Shown here: one piece after another, positions 59,517 through 64,000 of the stretch | How the letters are laid out: each line of letters opens with the position of its first letter | Numbering within the stretch: position 1 is the stretch's first letter | Source of the DNA: Salpingoeca rosetta | Taxonomy: Eukaryota; Protista; Choanoflagellata | Reading direction: 5' to 3' | Assembly: GCA_033442325.1 (NCBI GenBank) | Contig: JAWQFM010000003.1 | Span: forward strand, 888,890-952,889 | Length of the DNA: 64,000 bases | Notes under the pieces: model-generated | The model's database searches: none | The model's input: the letters and a program-made list of their open reading frames with translations, nothing else | Told to the model about the DNA's origin: nothing | Translations under genes and position numbers: made by a program

Positions 59517-59520
59517 GTTT

Positions 59521-62500
59521 GGGTATCGCTCAATTATAATGTCCTCAGTGGCAAAAAATGGGACACGAGAAAAAGCCATCAAAGGGTTGTGTGGGGCTTC
59601 AGAGACGCCAAAACCCCAAAAAAAGAGCTCTTCGAGAGCTCTCCAATGAGCCAAAAATCACCTTCGTGCGATGTGTGTGTGGTGGTGGGTGACTGTTTTA
59701 CTGACCGCAACAACCTTCGCACAAAATCACCCCCACAAACAGGCATGAGATGAGCTCAGAGATGCACAGTGCAGGCGAAGAGATACACACAATCATGGCT
59801 GTTCTCTGTAGTAGTGGTCCTTTAGATGCTCCACGCCGTGAAAGAAGTTCTCTTTGATGTTTCGCAGCTGCTCGTGACGCTTGGCGGAGAGGGTGATGGT
59901 GGGAACACGCTCACCATCAGTGAAGATGCCCGCGTGTATGTGCTCTGGCCCAACGCCAGGCCGAAGCAGATTCACTTCCGCCCATTCGTCTGAAGTTGAT
60001 GCGCGGTAGCGAACAACACCCAGTCTGTCCTTGTCGAAGAAGAAGTGCTTGTACTTGGTTGGTTTGAGCTGCTTCTGCTGACAAAAGAGGAGGCCAAGGC
60101 GTGCGGTGTGGTTGTAGATGGGGACTGATGCCGCGTTGGTCACGGCGTTGGCCACAGAAGAGCGCTCGACGATGTCCATAAACTGTGTAGGCGTGAACAC
60201 GTCCTCCGTCTTGAGCTTTCGCTTGACGAGGCCAAAGAAGGCATCGTGCAGGCCCTTCGTGTGGCCCTGAAGGAGAAAATGATAGTACACCGAGCACTTG
60301 AACACGTGCGCGTATGAAGCGAAGAAGAACAAGAACGTCCAGTTCTTGTTTTGTGCGCCGCAGTTGTCGGCCATCGCGTAGAGGACGTCACGCCTGCCAA
60401 TCGATGTCAGGCGGTGATAGACGAGGGACACAATGAGGTTGGCGCCGCGAACCTTCGGCGAGTCTTGCTCGTGCCAGACGTAATTCATTTGGGTGCGCCG
60501 CGCCAGGTCTGTCACACCAAACGCCTCCACCTTCAAACCGCTCTCGTAATAGAACGCCTGGCATTGTGAACACAACGTGCGCAACAGGGTGAGACAAGGT
60601 CGAGAACAAACCGAGCTCACAGCAGTACCCCTATCCCTCATCCTCACCCCCCTTTCACACATCACCCCAGCTTGCCTTTCTTTGCTCCAGGAAGTGAGGG
60701 AGGCGAGTTGTGCCTGCCATGTCGAAGCTGATGACGTGGTGATCTGCCTTCCCACCAAACTCAGTCCAATCGTTCATAAACTTGCGCTCGGCCTTTGCCA
60801 TCTTCAGGTGCTGAATAAGGAACTCCCACATCTATCGAGTGAAGCGGTGAAGTTGCCAGAATGAGTGGTCACGCGCACGCGCGCACACACACACACACAC
60901 ACACGCGCGCACACACACACGCACGCACACACATACATACACACGCACGCACGCACACGCACACACACGCACACACGGAGTTGTACCTTGCCGCTCTTCA
61001 GCTTCGAGCACGTGTCACACACATCCGTGCGGGTCTTGGCGTGTCCGATGTGCTTGAGATATTTTGCCCACACGCGCTTGAACGTGGCCAGCGACGTCTG
61101 ATCACCTGTTGCAGCCAGCATGCACACGACAAGGGTCTGTAAGCACCAGCGGAGCAACAGCGACTGGCAAGCATGCACACACAGACACACGCACACGATC
61201 ATACCGTACCCGTGGCGGACTGGTAGCGTTTGTGGAGTTGTGCCCTCGACAAGGAGATGGGCAGCAGTACTTTGGCCCCGCGTCCCGCAGGATTCGGCAG
61301 CCCGTGCATCGAGGCCACCCACTTGATGAAGTGAACAACGCGTTGGGCAGTGAACACCCCACGACCCTTGAGATGTTGTCCGTGAAGCGATGGCCGCGGC
61401 ACAATGACACCCGCCTTTACGTCTCGGGTTGCCTCCTTGATGACTCGACCTCCAATCCCAAGCACGTTCCGGAAGCCTTCTCTGCACAGCGGCACGCCCA
61501 GGACGCGGTAGTCGATAGTGAGTCTGCTCCGGTCCGGCACGTGCTCTTGCCACCCGTCCTCGCACGGAGCATCATCCCGCCCATTGCCAACCTGCCATGG
61601 CGGCACCTTCAGGCTCGTGGAGACGATGGACTGCACCATGCGACGGCGGTCATGCTGGCTGAGTTCGAACACCTGGCATCGGAGACTCTCAAGTGTGCCC
61701 GCGCCAAAGGTCTTCCAGCACTTGCCAGCCTTGCCAGCAGCACACTTGCACTGGCGTATTCCGCATGGCTTTGACTGCTGCGACTTGGTGGCGGTTGCTG
61801 GTGGTTGTGGGATGAGTGTGTCAACGACCTCGGCCACTTGTGGCAGAAGAGCAGTCGAGCAATAGTGCTCGTTGGCAACAAGGTCGATCGGCGGCGCATC
61901 GTTTCGCTGTTGCTGCTGCTGCTGCTGCTGCTGTTGTTGTCGAGGGCGCTTTGGTGGCGGGCTGCTAAGCAGTCGCGACAGGTGTGGTTGGAATTGAATA
62001 GGGATCGGGAGAGGAGGGGCAGCTGAAGCCGGCACTGGAGCACGTGGGTGCATTAGACTCGCTGGCAGTGGCAGCGGCGGTGGTCTTGGCTGCGAGCCGC
62101 TTGTGTCCGGAAGTGCCACGGCTGTCCCATGCACCTCCTGTGACACGGCGGGCGAAGACGGTGGAAGGCGCGGAGATGAGACGTTCACTGGCGTTGGCGG
62201 CACCTCTTCCTCACACAGGAGCGACAATGATGGAGAGAGTGGTGTGTCTTGAACATCATCACCACCATCATCATCATCATCGTCGTCGTCGTCGTCGTCG
62301 TCGTCATCGTCATCGTCACCAGCGTTGTCGCCCTCAAGGAGGGATGTCATGCGAAGAGGTCTGCAAAGAATACAGGCGCAAGGAGAGGGCAGAGTGATGA
62401 GTACTCATGCTCGCCAGAGCGTTCGCATACACCACCACCACATCACTGCTGCAAGCTGACAAGAAAGCAAGCGACGCACCCGCCAAAGTACTCCTTGTTA

Positions 62501-62948
62501 ATGAAATCGTTCCCAGTGCGCAAAGCTTCGTTGCACTCGGCGCTTGCAGTGCTGAGGGGCGACACCGTGCGCTCTTCCGCATCATTCTGCATCAGCATCA
62601 GCAGTGCTGTTGCCACTTCTTCCCGAGCAGCACCATCATCAAACACCTCCTCCTCACCCTCAAAGTCGTCCTCATCAACATTCATCGTCGTGGTGGTGTG
62701 CCGCTCAAAAAACAACCTCCCAACTTTGTTTGTCGATTTTCACCACTTTCCCGACGAGTTTGAGATTTTGGCGGATTGCGATTCTGGCTTGGGTGGTAAT
62801 TTTGCAAGCGCTCGTTGACTGACTTCTCGTTGTCAGATCCGAACGAAACCAACACCACCGGAAAGAGCGCTCAAAGACGCCCTAGACGCTTCCATCAGCT
62901 CACATCACAACGAAAAGCCACTGAGGACATTATAATTGAGCGATACCC
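59521..62948 (-). mobile_element. Sola-superfamily DNA transposon (Sola1-like motifs), 3428 bp, apparently intact
   Basis: Perfect 32-bp TIRs GGGTATCGCTCAATTATAATGTCCTCAGTGGC at 59521-59552 and 62917-62948. 4-bp TSD GTTT at 59517-59520 and 62949-62952. Single transposase gene. Confidence 0.92.
59793..62685 (-). CDS. Sola DDD transposase (~798 aa, 5 exons)
   Basis: Exons 62685-62480, 62360-61210, 61105-60987, 60831-60676 and 60557-59793 sum to 2397 nt with an open frame. Motifs: LCREGFRNVLGIG, zinc-binding TDVCDTC...H, SFDMAG, RGANLIVS, ADNCGAQNKN and FLLQGHTKGLHDAFFG. Confidence 0.85.
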
Positions 62949-62952
62949 GTTT

Positions 62953-63117
62953 GTCGTTTCGAATTTGGTGACGCGGATAATTGTGTGAAGATGTGTATGA
63001 ATTGTCCTTTGAGAGCAACTTCCCCCGCCTTTCACGTGCCTTGGCAGATACAGCAGGCGCATTCACCCCACACAAGCATAACCTCACACCCACACACACA
63101 CATCCACACATCTGACG
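62953..63117. promoter_or_regulatory. Remnant of the putative bidirectional CEP120/eIF3g promoter
   Basis: This is nearly all of the host DNA left between the divergent ATGs once both transposons are removed. Promoter function is inferred from position only. Confidence 0.5.
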
Positions 63118-63843
63118 ATGACGGCGACAGACGCGACGGAGCTGCCACCTGTGGACGAGCGCCTGGTGATTGAGGAAGGAGACACACAGAAGGTGATTGA
63201 GGTGGTCGAGGAAGACGGCAAGCGGTTCAAGCAGACGACAGTGTACAACGTTGTGCGCGAGGAAGTGAAGATGCCCTCGCGCGTGTTGGCGCGGCGGTCG
63301 TGGGCCAAGTTTGGCAAGTCCGCGCGCGCGCCGCCTGGCCCGGAGCCCATGACCACGTCCATCAGCGATGAGGTGTTCATTGAATTCACTGCCGCCAGAG
63401 AGGCTGAGGCCGCCGAGCAGCGCAAGCAGGAGGAGCAGCGCCAGAAGGCACAGCAGATGAGCGTGCCATACCGCCTTCCCGTGGCCCTGCGCCAGGAGAA
63501 GACGGAGGAGGAGATGCCCAAGCGGCCACAGACCGGCGCGTACCGTGCACCGCGAACGCGTAACGGCGCCGCATCTGCCTTCGATGAGGAGCAGCCCAGC
63601 CTGCAGATCACCAACCTGCCGCCCTGGACCACAGATGACGATTTGCGCGATCTCTGCAACGCCATCGCCCCCGTGCGCCGCGTGTTCCTTGCCAAGGACA
63701 AGCGCACTGGCGACGCCAAGGGCTTTGCATATGTCGACTTCAACATGCGCCAGGATGCTGCAACGGCGCTGGAGAAACTGGACGGCCACCGCTATGGCCC
63801 CTCTGTGCTTTCGTGCGAGTGGGCCAAGCCCAGGAGGAAATAG
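63118..63843 (+). CDS. EIF3G: Eukaryotic translation initiation factor 3 subunit G (intronless)
   Basis: ARRSWAKFGKS...PPGPEPMTT.ISDEVF, TGAYRAP and a C-terminal RRM (RVFLAKDKRTGDAKGFAYVDF...LSCEWAKP). Confidence 0.95.
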   Translation: MTATDATELPPVDERLVIEEGDTQKVIEVVEEDGKRFKQTTVYNVVREEVKMPSRVLARRSWAKFGKSARAPPGPEPMTTSISDEVFIEFTAAREAEAAEQRKQEEQRQKAQQMSVPYRLPVALRQEKTEEEMPKRPQTGAYRAPRTRNGAASAFDEEQPSLQITNLPPWTTDDDLRDLCNAIAPVRRVFLAKDKRTGDAKGFAYVDFNMRQDAATALEKLDGHRYGPSVLSCEWAKPRRK

Positions 63844-64000
63844 GTCCTTTTCGTGCTTGTTCTGATGTTCTGTGCATGTATGTGTGCATGTATGTGTGTG
63901 TGTGTGTCTGTGTGTGTGTGTGATTGTGACTATGTGTGCTTTCGTGTGTCTGTGTGTCTGTGTGTGCGTACGTGTGTGTTCTGTTGTGCGCTGATTCGCG

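Noticed and set aside
62905-63789. 294-aa minus-strand ORF over eIF3g
   Set aside because: Antisense shadow of eIF3g.

Overview
Eukaryotic, intron-rich genomic DNA with CA/TG-microsatellite-filled introns and GC-rich exons. This is typical of a choanoflagellate such as Salpingoeca rosetta (inference). The first 53 kb hold 11 host genes: two sulfotransferases, a single-pass membrane protein, a PRR11/MTFR-like protein, prolyl 4-hydroxylase alpha, a YbjQ/UPF0145 protein, KNTC1/ROD, MARK/Par-1 kinase, a hypothetical protein, a KIF19-like kinesin-8 and CEP120. eIF3g closes the window. The most striking structure is 53327-62952, where two DNA transposons sit 4 bp apart inside the formerly ~173-bp divergent spacer between CEP120 and eIF3g. 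The first is a PIF/Harbinger-type element (26-bp TIRs, starting 4 bp upstream of the CEP120 ATG). Its transposase looks damaged, but its second gene is intact and unusual: PHD finger + 18x S/T-Q repeat cluster + Myb/SANT-like domain + coiled coil. The second is an apparently intact Sola element (32-bp perfect TIRs, GTTT target duplication, 5-exon ~798-aa DDD transposase that needs a GC-AG intron). Gene models were spliced by eye and family calls come from remembered motifs; no searches were run.
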